Shown here: positions 21,835-29,823 of the stretch, piece after piece
Layout of the letters: every line of letters begins with the position of its first letter
Position numbering within the stretch: the first letter of the stretch is position 1
Source: Thermofilum pendens Hrk 5
Lineage (GTDB): Archaea; Thermoproteota; Thermoprotei; Thermofilales; Thermofilaceae
Direction: 5' to 3'
Assembly (NCBI RefSeq): GCF_000015225.1
Contig: NC_008698.1
Span: 960,001-992,000 of the forward strand
Length of the DNA stretch: 32,000 nt
The notes under the pieces: generated by a model
Seen by the model: only the letters and a program-made list of their open reading frames with translations
Told to the model about the DNA's origin: nothing
Databases searched by the model: none
Translations under genes and position numbers: made by a program

Positions 21835-22743
21835 TGCTCGCGCAACGAGGGTGCTTAACAGTATCCCGGCTATGTAGAGAAGCCCGAAGTTCTGCACGAG
21901 TTGCGCCGTGAGGGGGTCCGCAGTCTCCGGTATCTTCTCCCTGAAAGCCTTGCACAGCCTGAAGGCCTGCGGCAAGGAGAGGAGGGCTAGGAGGGAGCCG
22001 AGCGGTAGCACGCCGAGCAACACTAGGGCAATCGTTGCGGCGTAGGCCGAAAACACTTCGAAGGCGTAGAAAGCCAGCCCCCTAGAGCGTCCCAGCACGA
22101 CGGCGAGAGTTACAGCCCCCCTACTGGAGTCGAACTCTATGTCTCTCAGGTTGTTCGCAGTGAGCACTGCGGCCACCAGAAGGCCCACCGGGATGCCCGC
22201 TAGCACCGGTAGAAGGGAAAGCTCCCCCGTGAGCACGTAGAAAGTCCCCAGCCACATGAAGACGCCCCAGCTCAGGAATACTCCGAGCTCCCCCAAAGCC
22301 CTGTACTTGAGGCCGGGCGGACCCGAGTACGTGAAGAGTAGCACGACCCCGGTGAGCGCCAGCAGGACTACCACGACCTGGCGTACAAGCGCTAACGCAA
22401 AGGCGAAGGCAAGCCCACCCGCCATCAACGCCAAGCCGAAGTTACGCACCTGCCCCGCTGACATCTTCCCGGCGATGATGGGGTGCGGTCTGTAGCGAGT
22501 AGTCGGAGCCCCCTCGACGTCCACGCCCCTAACTGTGTCGTAGTAGTCGTTCAGCACGTTTGCAGACGCGTGGAGCAACGTTACCCCGAGAAGCGTGGCG
22601 GCGTAGAGCAAGGGGTCGAAGCTACGCGCAAGGTAGTACGTGTAAGCAGCCGCCCCCGTTATCGATATAGCCGTCATTACGAAGGACCATGGCCTCGTAA
22701 AGATGAAGAGTTCTTTCAGCCTCACGCCGCAGAAGACCTCCAT
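21832..22743 (-). CDS. UbiA-family aromatic prenyltransferase, MenA-like.
   Basis: The track ORF extends to 23082, but homology starts at ATG 22743 (MEVFCGVRLKELFIFTRPWSF). The Asp-rich motif is HASANVLNDYYDTVRGVD. It is polytopic. Confidence 0.75.
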   Translation of the reverse strand: MEVFCGVRLKELFIFTRPWSFVMTAISITGAAAYTYYLARSFDPLLYAATLLGVTLLHASANVLNDYYDTVRGVDVEGAPTTRYRPHPIIAGKMSAGQVRNFGLALMAGGLAFAFALALVRQVVVVLLALTGVVLLFTYSGPPGLKYRALGELGVFLSWGVFMWLGTFYVLTGELSLLPVLAGIPVGLLVAAVLTANNLRDIEFDSSRGAVTLAVVLGRSRGLAFYAFEVFSAYAATIALVLLGVLPLGSLLALLSLPQAFRLCKAFREKIPETADPLTAQLVQNFGLLYIAGILLSTLVARA

Positions 22744-22963
22744 GCATACATAAAACCTTTGCGTGCAAGAAGGGGAGAAAAAGAAAAGCCGGCTTTCTCG
22801 GGACTTCGTCGAAGAACCGCATAGAATGCGCCCTGCTAGGGCACGAGAATAAAGGGGTAAGAACCACCAGGGAAAGGCGCCCGGCCCTCTCCTTAGCGTG
22901 CTACACGAGGCGCGCGCAGCGTGTAAAAAAGTTTTAATTCCCGAGGGTTTTTCTCGTTTCCCC

Positions 22964-24220
22964 GTGGGTGGATGGCTGGGGAGGGTTAGGGAGTCCCTTG
23001 GAAGGGTTCCTAGGAACATCAAGGTGCTAGCGCTAGGCTGGCTCGTCTGGTCGCCGGTACAGGCGATGGCGGGGCCGTACACGCAGCTCTACGTTAGCCG
23101 CCTGGGGGCATCTCCCGAGGACATCTCGCTGGTGCAGTCAGCAACGCAAGTGGCGAACGCGCTTTCAAGGATAGTCGGCGGCTTCCTCTCGGACAGGTAC
23201 GGTAGGAAGAGGGTTCTGTGGGTGGGGACGTTCCTCGTAGCGCTCGCATACCTCTTGATGAGCGTTGCAACCGACTGGCGGAGCTACGCCATTGCCAGCG
23301 TGCTCAACGGCTTCGCCCTCTTTTACCAGCCTGCGCTCGAAGGGATACAGGCGGACTCGGTTCCCTTGCACCTCAGGGGGAGGATGAACGCACTCCTACA
23401 CCTGGTGCCGGGCCTGGCATCCTCGCTGTCCCCGCTCGGCGGAGCCGCATTGGTAAATGCTTACGGGCTCGTCGGCGGCGTGAGGGTGATATTCTTCCTC
23501 TCGTTCGTTACCGGCGTAGCCATCGCGGTTGCAAGGCTACTATGGATAGAGGAGACCCTCGAGCCGAGGGGCTCCGGGGTAAACATGCTCGAATCCTACG
23601 TGGACGCCTTGAGGCACGTGTCCCGCGATGTCTACACGCTGATAACGCTGGACACCCTCTTCAACCTCGTGGGCGCGATGTCCTTCCTCTCGAACTACTA
23701 CATGTACTACTACCTCGGGGTCGACAAGAGCGAGCTAGCCATGCTGGCCTCCCTGGGAAGCCTCGTGAACCTAGGCCTGCTGATACCCGCCGGGAGGGCT
23801 GTGGACACCAGGGGGAGGAACTTCTCGATAACCCTGGGCTTCCTGATGGGCACGCTGAGCCAGCTATTCTTCGTCCTCTCCCCGCCATCCTCCAGCTTCA
23901 CGCTACCGGCACTCATCGTCTCCACGCTTTTCGGAGCGGTGGGAGGAGCCTTCTACGGGCTCGCGTACTCGTCTCTCAGGGCGGACCTCGTAGCGAAAGA
24001 GTACAGGGGGAGGATCTACGCCCTCTGGGGGCTCGCGCCGGCGGCGAGCTGGAGCCTAGGCGCGTACATAGGGGGGTGGATGTACAGCAACCTGGGGCCC
24101 CAAACCCCCTTCGTTGCCAGCTTCATGCTCAGAGTCCTGCTCACCCCGCTCGCCCTCACCCTCTTCGGGAAGCTCACGAGGAAAGTCGACCTAGCGTTGC
24201 GAAACGTCGAGGGAAGCTAA
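22964..24220 (+). CDS. Major facilitator superfamily transporter.
   Basis: MFS motif A is GGFLSDRYGRKRVLWVG, with about 12 hydrophobic helices. GTG 22964 is preferred over the track start 22898 because AAAAAAGTTTTAATT lies about 30 nt upstream. Confidence 0.8.
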   Translation: MGGWLGRVRESLGRVPRNIKVLALGWLVWSPVQAMAGPYTQLYVSRLGASPEDISLVQSATQVANALSRIVGGFLSDRYGRKRVLWVGTFLVALAYLLMSVATDWRSYAIASVLNGFALFYQPALEGIQADSVPLHLRGRMNALLHLVPGLASSLSPLGGAALVNAYGLVGGVRVIFFLSFVTGVAIAVARLLWIEETLEPRGSGVNMLESYVDALRHVSRDVYTLITLDTLFNLVGAMSFLSNYYMYYYLGVDKSELAMLASLGSLVNLGLLIPAGRAVDTRGRNFSITLGFLMGTLSQLFFVLSPPSSSFTLPALIVSTLFGAVGGAFYGLAYSSLRADLVAKEYRGRIYALWGLAPAASWSLGAYIGGWMYSNLGPQTPFVASFMLRVLLTPLALTLFGKLTRKVDLALRNVEGS

Positions 24221-25023
24221 ACCCCCACCTTGATCACGTAGGGAGGCCTCCTCTTGTGCTCGCTCCTCCTGTGGAGCTCGAGAACTCTCTCCACGAGCTC
24301 CCTGCCGACGCCCAGCATGCCCGGCACTTCGGATGGGTCTACCCCCCTGTCGAAGAGCAGGTAGAGGATCTTGTCTGCAACCTCGTAGGTGAGCTTCAGC
24401 TCCTCCTCGGCTACGTGCCCGGGCCACAGCCGCGGGCTACTCGGCTTGAATGCTATCCTCTCGGGTAGCCCGAGGTGCAACCCGAGCCTGCGGACCTGCG
24501 TCTTGTAGAGGTCCCCTATCGGGAGCACGTCGACCCCGCCGTCGCCGTACTTCGTGAAGTAGCCCAGGAGGAGCTCGCTCTTATCCCCCGTGCCGATAAC
24601 CAGGCTGTTCCTCCTGTACGCCCGCGCGTGGAGAATGCACATCCTCACCCTAGCCGCGAGGTTCCCCCTCTCAACCCTTGTGAGCGGGCCCAGGCTCTCC
24701 TCGAACCTGGACAGTATAGGCTCTATGTCGACTGTCTCCACGTTCCCGCCGGGTAAACCGGCGATCCTCACGACCTCGTAGGCATCGCGCAGATCCTCCT
24801 CCGGCGTCGCGCTCGAAGGCATGATCAACGCGTAGGTATTCTCGGGCCCCAGCGCCCTCGCAGTCAGCAACAAGGTTACGGCGCTGTCAACCCCTCCGCT
24901 GACGCCGACAACTCCCCCGCTCTTCCCAGCCTCCTCGAAGACGTACCGCCTAAGCTCCCGGGTTATAACCTCCTCTACTACCCTCCAGTCGAGCTCCGGC
25001 AAGACGCCTCCCGAGACACCCAT
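24217..25023 (-). CDS. nadE: NH3-dependent NAD+ synthetase.
   Basis: The PP-loop is GVSGGVDSAV, followed by GTGDKSELLLGYFTKYGDGG. Confidence 0.9.
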   Translation of the reverse strand: MGVSGGVLPELDWRVVEEVITRELRRYVFEEAGKSGGVVGVSGGVDSAVTLLLTARALGPENTYALIMPSSATPEEDLRDAYEVVRIAGLPGGNVETVDIEPILSRFEESLGPLTRVERGNLAARVRMCILHARAYRRNSLVIGTGDKSELLLGYFTKYGDGGVDVLPIGDLYKTQVRRLGLHLGLPERIAFKPSSPRLWPGHVAEEELKLTYEVADKILYLLFDRGVDPSEVPGMLGVGRELVERVLELHRRSEHKRRPPYVIKVGV

Positions 25024-25199
25024 ACAGGCTCCCGGACCATCATAGATCCTGGGGACGTATATAGGTAGCGTGCGCGCGCTGAGCCAAGGGGACAGTCTTT
25101 CTGGTTGACGAGAAACGTTGAGCGCGCGTCACGCTTAGAGTTGCTCGGTACCCCAAGCCTTTTTAAGCGGCGAAGTGCGAAAAATGACTTGGTAGGAGG

Positions 25200-25496
25200 A
25201 TGTCGCGCGTCAGCAGGGTTAACCTGGAGAAGTTGAGGAGTTTCACCTCGAAGACTGGGCTGTACTCGTGGGAGGAGAGGGAGGGCAGGGTCACCGTTAC
25301 GTTCTCGTCTGTCGCGCTGGAGGAGGTTCTCGGCGAGAACGCCGAGATAAAGATCAGCGGCTTCAAGGAAGGAGAGGACCTCGTGGTGGACAGGGTTGTA
25401 ATCGTGCGTGGGGGGCAACGGGAAGAGGTGGATCCCAAGGTTCTCGAGGGGTGGCTGAGGTACATAGAGCAGAGCGAGAAGCGCGGTGTGACTTAA
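25200..25496 (+). CDS. Hypothetical small protein (98 aa).
   Basis: This is the ORF-track ORF. GGAGG lies directly upstream of the ATG, and CTTTTTAAGC is about 35 nt upstream. I recognise no family. Confidence 0.4.
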   Translation: MSRVSRVNLEKLRSFTSKTGLYSWEEREGRVTVTFSSVALEEVLGENAEIKISGFKEGEDLVVDRVVIVRGGQREEVDPKVLEGWLRYIEQSEKRGVT

Positions 25497-25546
25497 CGGT
25501 AAGTTTTACACTGCTTATTTATAACCGGCCAAGGGTTATTTCCTTG

Positions 25547-26827
25547 ATGAAGCTGGTATACCTGGTATTGGACGGCGTTGCTGACAAGCCGGAGGATGGT
25601 CCAACGTCGCTCGAGGTTGCCAGGAAGCCCGCCCTCGACGGGGTCGCCTCCAAGTCTGCGTGCGGCCTCGTATACACGGTGGGCAGGGGGGTTGCGCCGG
25701 AGAGCGACGCTGCCGTCTTCTCCATACTGGGCTACGACCCCCACACCGAGTACACGGGTAGGGGGCCCATAGAGGCTGTGGGCGCCGGCCTAGAGATAAG
25801 GGAGGGCTTCGAGGTCGCCTTCAGGGCAAACTTCGCGACTGTAGACCCCGAAACGAGGAGGATTATCGACAGGAGGTGCGGGAGGAACCTCTCGAGCGAG
25901 GAGGCCCGCGAGCTCGCGCGGGCACTGGACGGCGTGGACCTCGGGGTGCACGACGGGTACGCGCGTGTAGTGGCGACGGTCGGGCATAGAGCTGTCGTCG
26001 TCATCGGGAGTAGGTCGAGGAGGCTCTCGGACAACGTGGGCAACACGGACCCCGCTTACGAGAAGAGGGGCTACGTATCCGTAGCGAAGCCCAGCTTTGA
26101 GCCGTTCGTGGCGGAGGCGCGCCCCCTCGACGACTCGGAGGAGGCTAGGCGGACGGCGGACCTCGTGAATGCCTTCACCGAGCTCTCCATAAGGGTTCTC
26201 CGAGGCCACCCCGTGAACATGGCGAGGGCCAGGGAGGGGAAGCTACCGGCGAACGCGATACTCTTGAGGGACTCCGGGGGGAGGCTTCCGAGGCTCCAGA
26301 GGATAAGCGAGAAGTACGGGTTGCGCTTCGGCGCAGTCGCCGAGATGCCCGTCGAGATAGGCATTGCGCGGATACTGGGGATGGACATGGCGAGCGTCCC
26401 GCCGCCCAGCGAGGACAAAGCCAAGGACTACGCCGACAGGCTTGAAGCCACCCTGAAGCTACTCGAGAGGAACGACGTGGTATACGTCCACCTGAAGGGG
26501 CCCGACGAGCCGGGCCACGACGGGGACCTTAAGAGGAAGGTTGAAGCAATAGAGGCTATCGACAAGTACTACCTGGCGCCGCTCCTAAGGGAGATAGACC
26601 CCGCCACCACGGCGCTACTCGTAACTGCAGACCACGCCACGCCTTACACCAGAAAATCCCACACGGACGACCCGGTACCCCTAGCCCTGATGGCTCCCGG
26701 AGTAACGCCCGACGGCGTCCCGAGGTTCACGGAGAAAGAGTGCTCCCGAGGCTCCCTCGGAGTCTTCGAGCACGGCTACGAGGTGCTCCCGCGGCTCCTG
26801 GAGAGGCTTAGGAGGGTCTACGCTTAA
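25547..26827 (+). CDS. apgM: Cofactor-independent phosphoglycerate mutase, archaeal type.
   Basis: I start at ATG 25547 (MKLVYLVLDGVADKPEDGPTSLEVARKPALDGVA...GVAPESDAAVFSILGYDP...YTGRGPIEAVGAG). TTATTTATAA lies 25-30 nt upstream. The 5' extension in the track ORF (25268) is rejected. Confidence 0.9.
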   Translation: MKLVYLVLDGVADKPEDGPTSLEVARKPALDGVASKSACGLVYTVGRGVAPESDAAVFSILGYDPHTEYTGRGPIEAVGAGLEIREGFEVAFRANFATVDPETRRIIDRRCGRNLSSEEARELARALDGVDLGVHDGYARVVATVGHRAVVVIGSRSRRLSDNVGNTDPAYEKRGYVSVAKPSFEPFVAEARPLDDSEEARRTADLVNAFTELSIRVLRGHPVNMARAREGKLPANAILLRDSGGRLPRLQRISEKYGLRFGAVAEMPVEIGIARILGMDMASVPPPSEDKAKDYADRLEATLKLLERNDVVYVHLKGPDEPGHDGDLKRKVEAIEAIDKYYLAPLLREIDPATTALLVTADHATPYTRKSHTDDPVPLALMAPGVTPDGVPRFTEKECSRGSLGVFEHGYEVLPRLLERLRRVYA

Positions 26828-27623
26828 GGTGGGTCTCGCAGTACTCGTCTCCCCTCAAGACGCACTTCTTTTCCTCAACCCAGACCTCCCCGTACGGTGC
26901 GCCCCAAAGCCCGCTGACAAGCCCTGCGAGCATCCCCTTCGTTATGAACTCGGCTGGGACCTCCGTCCCCTTCAAGGCCTTCGCCTCCGTGCCGTCGTAG
27001 ACCTTTACCACCACTTCTCTCTCGCTGTAGCTGGAAACCTTGAACACGCCTAAACCGAAGACTCTCAGAATCTCCTCTACGAGGAGGAGCCTGTCCTCCA
27101 GCTTGCTACTCTTCGGGGCTATGTACTCGTCGAACACCCTCCTAGCCGCCTGGAAGGACGAGTAAAAGAGTATACCGCCGTAGCCGTCTCCAAGCTTCCT
27201 CCACCCACCCAGTATGAACCCCCTCAGGAACTCCTCGTCGAAGAAGACGACCCTCTTCTCGTCGAAAAGCAGAGGGAAGCTCCACAAGTCCATCGCGAAG
27301 CCGTCGAATAGCGGCGGCGCAGTCTCCACACTGAGGACGTGGGGCAGGGAGCTGAGGGAGGATACGAGGTCGCGTAGCTCCCCCATCCTACCGGTCAGGT
27401 CGGCCGCCAACACCACCCTTCCGGGCTCGCTGATACCCGGGCGGCTACCCGAGACTTTAAAAGTTAAGATGCTAACGTTTGCCCTCCTGAATACTTCCAA
27501 TATTCTCTCCAGGACGCCTACTTCCTCCAGTGCCGCGGGGCTTAACGAGATATTGAAGAAGACAGGGGTTTTACCCACGGCATAAACGGTCCTACCCACC
27601 CGGTAGGGTTTGTATTTCTCCAT
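26808..27623 (-). CDS. ACT-like domain plus V4R (4-vinyl reductase-type small-molecule-binding) domain protein.
   Basis: The N-terminal beta-alpha-beta ACT-like segment is VFFNISLSPAALEEVGVLERILEVFRRANVSILTFKV. The C-terminal V4R-like end carries the paired Cys motif KKCVLRGDEYCETHL. Confidence 0.6.
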   Translation of the reverse strand: MEKYKPYRVGRTVYAVGKTPVFFNISLSPAALEEVGVLERILEVFRRANVSILTFKVSGSRPGISEPGRVVLAADLTGRMGELRDLVSSLSSLPHVLSVETAPPLFDGFAMDLWSFPLLFDEKRVVFFDEEFLRGFILGGWRKLGDGYGGILFYSSFQAARRVFDEYIAPKSSKLEDRLLLVEEILRVFGLGVFKVSSYSEREVVVKVYDGTEAKALKGTEVPAEFITKGMLAGLVSGLWGAPYGEVWVEEKKCVLRGDEYCETHLKRRPS

Positions 27624-27753
27624 ACGTTACATTGTTTTAGCGACGTTGCTTATAAATTTTTTATGAGCTTTAACTTATGTAAACGGTAAGAATCTCGAAG
27701 TTTTAGCGTTAGCTATGCGCGTTACCGCGGAGACCCCTAGCCTACGCGTACTG

Positions 27754-28194
27754 CTACAGTATCTTCAGCTTTTTCCCGGTCACTATGCCCGGCAGGAAGG
27801 ACTTCTGGAGCTTCTCGGCTGCCAAGTTGCAGTCGTCGAGGAGGAGGCGTATTCTCTCCCTCTTCTCCGGCATTTTTTCGAGCTCGCGTATAAGCGGCTT
27901 GATATCTTGTTCAAGCATTCTCCTAGCGATTTCCCCCACGAGGTCCGTGATATTTTTCTCAGAGTAGTAAAGCTTCTTTCTACCGCTCCTAACGAACGAC
28001 ACAAACCCCAGCCCCGTTAAGAAGGCGAGAGCCGAGCTAACCTGGCTCAGGCTGTACCCAGTAGCCTTGACCAGCTCTAGCTGTGAAAGCGGGTGCTCGG
28101 AGAGGACTAGCACGGCTAGAACCTTGGACGCCGCCTCTCCAAGCTCGAGCCTGGATATAAGCCTGGCCAAGAGGTTTACAGCCGCGTCGGGCAT
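27754..28194 (-). CDS. Winged-helix transcriptional regulator (TrmB/MarR-like).
   Basis: The wHTH core is ASKVLAVLVLSEHPLSQLELVKATGYSLSQVSSALAFLTGLGFVSFVRSGRKKLYY, followed by a helical C-terminal domain. Confidence 0.65.
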   Translation of the reverse strand: MPDAAVNLLARLISRLELGEAASKVLAVLVLSEHPLSQLELVKATGYSLSQVSSALAFLTGLGFVSFVRSGRKKLYYSEKNITDLVGEIARRMLEQDIKPLIRELEKMPEKRERIRLLLDDCNLAAEKLQKSFLPGIVTGKKLKIL

Positions 28195-28446
28195 CGAGAC
28201 TCGAAAGAAAGACCCCGGAATCCTTAATATGTTTTTAGGTCTATGCCTTAGACGCGTGTGTACGCTTAATCCTAGTCTTCTCGCGCGTGGTTAGATCAGC
28301 CCCAGCCTCCTGAACTCCTCGGCGTCCTCCTCGACGCCGCCGTCAGTCCTCGCACTCCGCTTTAGGCTCCAGGCATGCATTGGCAAAACAGCCAGGAAAA
28401 AACGCCGCCTATTTTTCCCACTAGAAGCGCGCCATACGGGGGATGG

Positions 28447-28474
28447 AAAAACCTTTGATTGTGAAGAGGTTTTT
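28447..28474 (-). terminator. Hairpin with a T5 run directly downstream of the 28482 stop.
   Basis: AAAAACCT (28447-28454) pairs with AGGTTTTT (28467-28474) around a 12-nt loop. A second hairpin, GGAAAAA/TTTTTCC, is at 28395-28418. Confidence 0.35.
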
Positions 28475-28481
28475 CGCTTCT

Positions 28482-29057
28482 CTAAGCTTCGCGTATGTAG
28501 TGGAGGGTTGCCACGATTGCGCTTGCGCCTATGAACAAGGCACCGGCGAGCTCGAGTATGGCTACGGAGGGCCAGCCTACCGTCGCTTCAATGAGTGTTC
28601 CCAGCGGTACGGGGACGAGCCCTAGTGCGAGCAGAGCCGTGCCTACAGCCTTTCTACCGCTCAGGAGTAGGGCTATGCCGAGAGCCGTTGATGCGATGAA
28701 CGACTGCAAGTAGAACCAGAGGCTCACGAACGTGTGTGGCTTCGTGCCGCTCGGGTAGTACCCTATCAGGAAGAGGAACACGCCGGCTACGAATAGTAGG
28801 CCCGCGGCGAATGACTCGTACTTGGTCTTCGAGGCTAGGAGCACCCCGAACGAGTAGACGACGACCAGAAGCCCCATAGCCATGAGCCCGTAGTTGAATA
28901 TCCACGGATTCGCCGCCCTGGGGCCTCCGAGGTCGCTGAAGGCATGCTTGTAGAGGCTCCACCAGGGGTTGCTGGACGCCGAGAAGTACACGACGACTGG
29001 GAACGCTGCGAATGCTAGGGGGCCTGCCAGTAGCAGGGTTTTTACGAGGTTTTTCAC
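28482..29057 (-). CDS. Polytopic membrane protein, DUF998-like.
   Basis: 191 aa with about 6 hydrophobic helices. The motif AFSDLGGPRAANPWIFNYGLMAMG resembles the DUF998 signature as I remember it. The start is GTG. Confidence 0.5.
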   Translation of the reverse strand: MKNLVKTLLLAGPLAFAAFPVVVYFSASSNPWWSLYKHAFSDLGGPRAANPWIFNYGLMAMGLLVVVYSFGVLLASKTKYESFAAGLLFVAGVFLFLIGYYPSGTKPHTFVSLWFYLQSFIASTALGIALLLSGRKAVGTALLALGLVPVPLGTLIEATVGWPSVAILELAGALFIGASAIVATLHYIREA

Positions 29058-29108
29058 ATAAACAAGTTAAACTAAAGAATCTTAAATCTTTCCGCGCGCC
29101 TCGCACCC

Positions 29109-29819
29109 GTGAAGCCCAGGAAGTCTCTAAGTGTGTCCCTGGTAGCGCTCTGCGCCGCTCTCTACGCGGTGTTAGGCTACCTGACCTACCTAGGGCTCTT
29201 CGCCCCCGTGATAGGGACAGTCAGGTTTTGGCCCTCGGTCTTCGTCCCGGCGACGTTCGCGGTAGCCTTCTCCCCGCTCATAGGAGGGCTGGGCGCCGCT
29301 ATAGGTATATTCATAAGCGATATGGCGGTGCACGGTAACCCCTTGCTGAGCCTGTCCGTGGGGGTTCCGGCGAACTTCCTCGGATTCTACGCGGTGGGGG
29401 CGGTCTACAGGCTCGCCAGGGACGAGCGGAGGGTACTGGCCGGGATAGCGGTGGAGCTCGTGGCCACGGTCCTAGCCCTGTCGGCGCTGTACTACGCGCG
29501 CATCCTCGACGAATCCTTCGTCGTCGCGTCTGCCGTTGCCCTAGCCTTCACGGTGACCCCCATGGTCGTCGCGAGGCAGAGCAGGAGGATAGTGTTCGCG
29601 GGGTCGACGGGGCTCATGCTGGGCTCGGCCATAATAGGGGTCGGCGTGTGGGCCTACAGCCAGTTCTTCGTGCTCCCCACGGGGCAGGCGCAGCTACCGG
29701 CGTGGGCGGCGCTGGTATGGTTCGTGTGGACCTACCTCACGGAGATACCCTTCATAGCCCTCTTCGTGCCCCCGACCGTCAGGGTTCTCGAGAAGGCGGG
29801 GCTGGTGTTCGAGGAGTAA
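29109..29819 (+). CDS. Polytopic membrane protein, possibly a vitamin-uptake (ECF S-component-like) transporter.
   Basis: 236 aa with about 6 TM helices. It ends 4 nt before the pantoate kinase ATG. The family assignment is by general resemblance only. Confidence 0.45.
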   Translation: MKPRKSLSVSLVALCAALYAVLGYLTYLGLFAPVIGTVRFWPSVFVPATFAVAFSPLIGGLGAAIGIFISDMAVHGNPLLSLSVGVPANFLGFYAVGAVYRLARDERRVLAGIAVELVATVLALSALYYARILDESFVVASAVALAFTVTPMVVARQSRRIVFAGSTGLMLGSAIIGVGVWAYSQFFVLPTGQAQLPAWAALVWFVWTYLTEIPFIALFVPPTVRVLEKAGLVFEE

Positions 29820-29823
29820 GGCT

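Noticed and set aside
22744-23082. N-terminal 112 aa of the 416-aa minus-strand ORF.
   Set aside because: It crosses the divergent promoter region and the start of the MFS gene on the other strand. UbiA-family similarity begins at ATG 22743.
23218-24468. 416-aa plus-strand ORF spanning the MFS and nadE genes.
   Set aside because: It is an alternative frame of two well-supported genes, is extremely Arg/Pro/Gly-rich, and has no motifs. The same reasoning applies to 11867-12436, 16079-16642, 18355-18912, 20884-21354, 14793-15167, 10136-10525, 18754-19320, 13843-14364, 8989-9453 and similar ORFs.
25268-25546. N-terminal 93 aa of the 519-aa ORF (MGGEGGQGHRYVLVCRAGGGSRRERR...).
   Set aside because: It overlaps the 98-aa ORF in another frame and is Gly/Arg-rich. 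ApgM homology starts exactly at ATG 25547, which has a TATA box 25-30 nt upstream.
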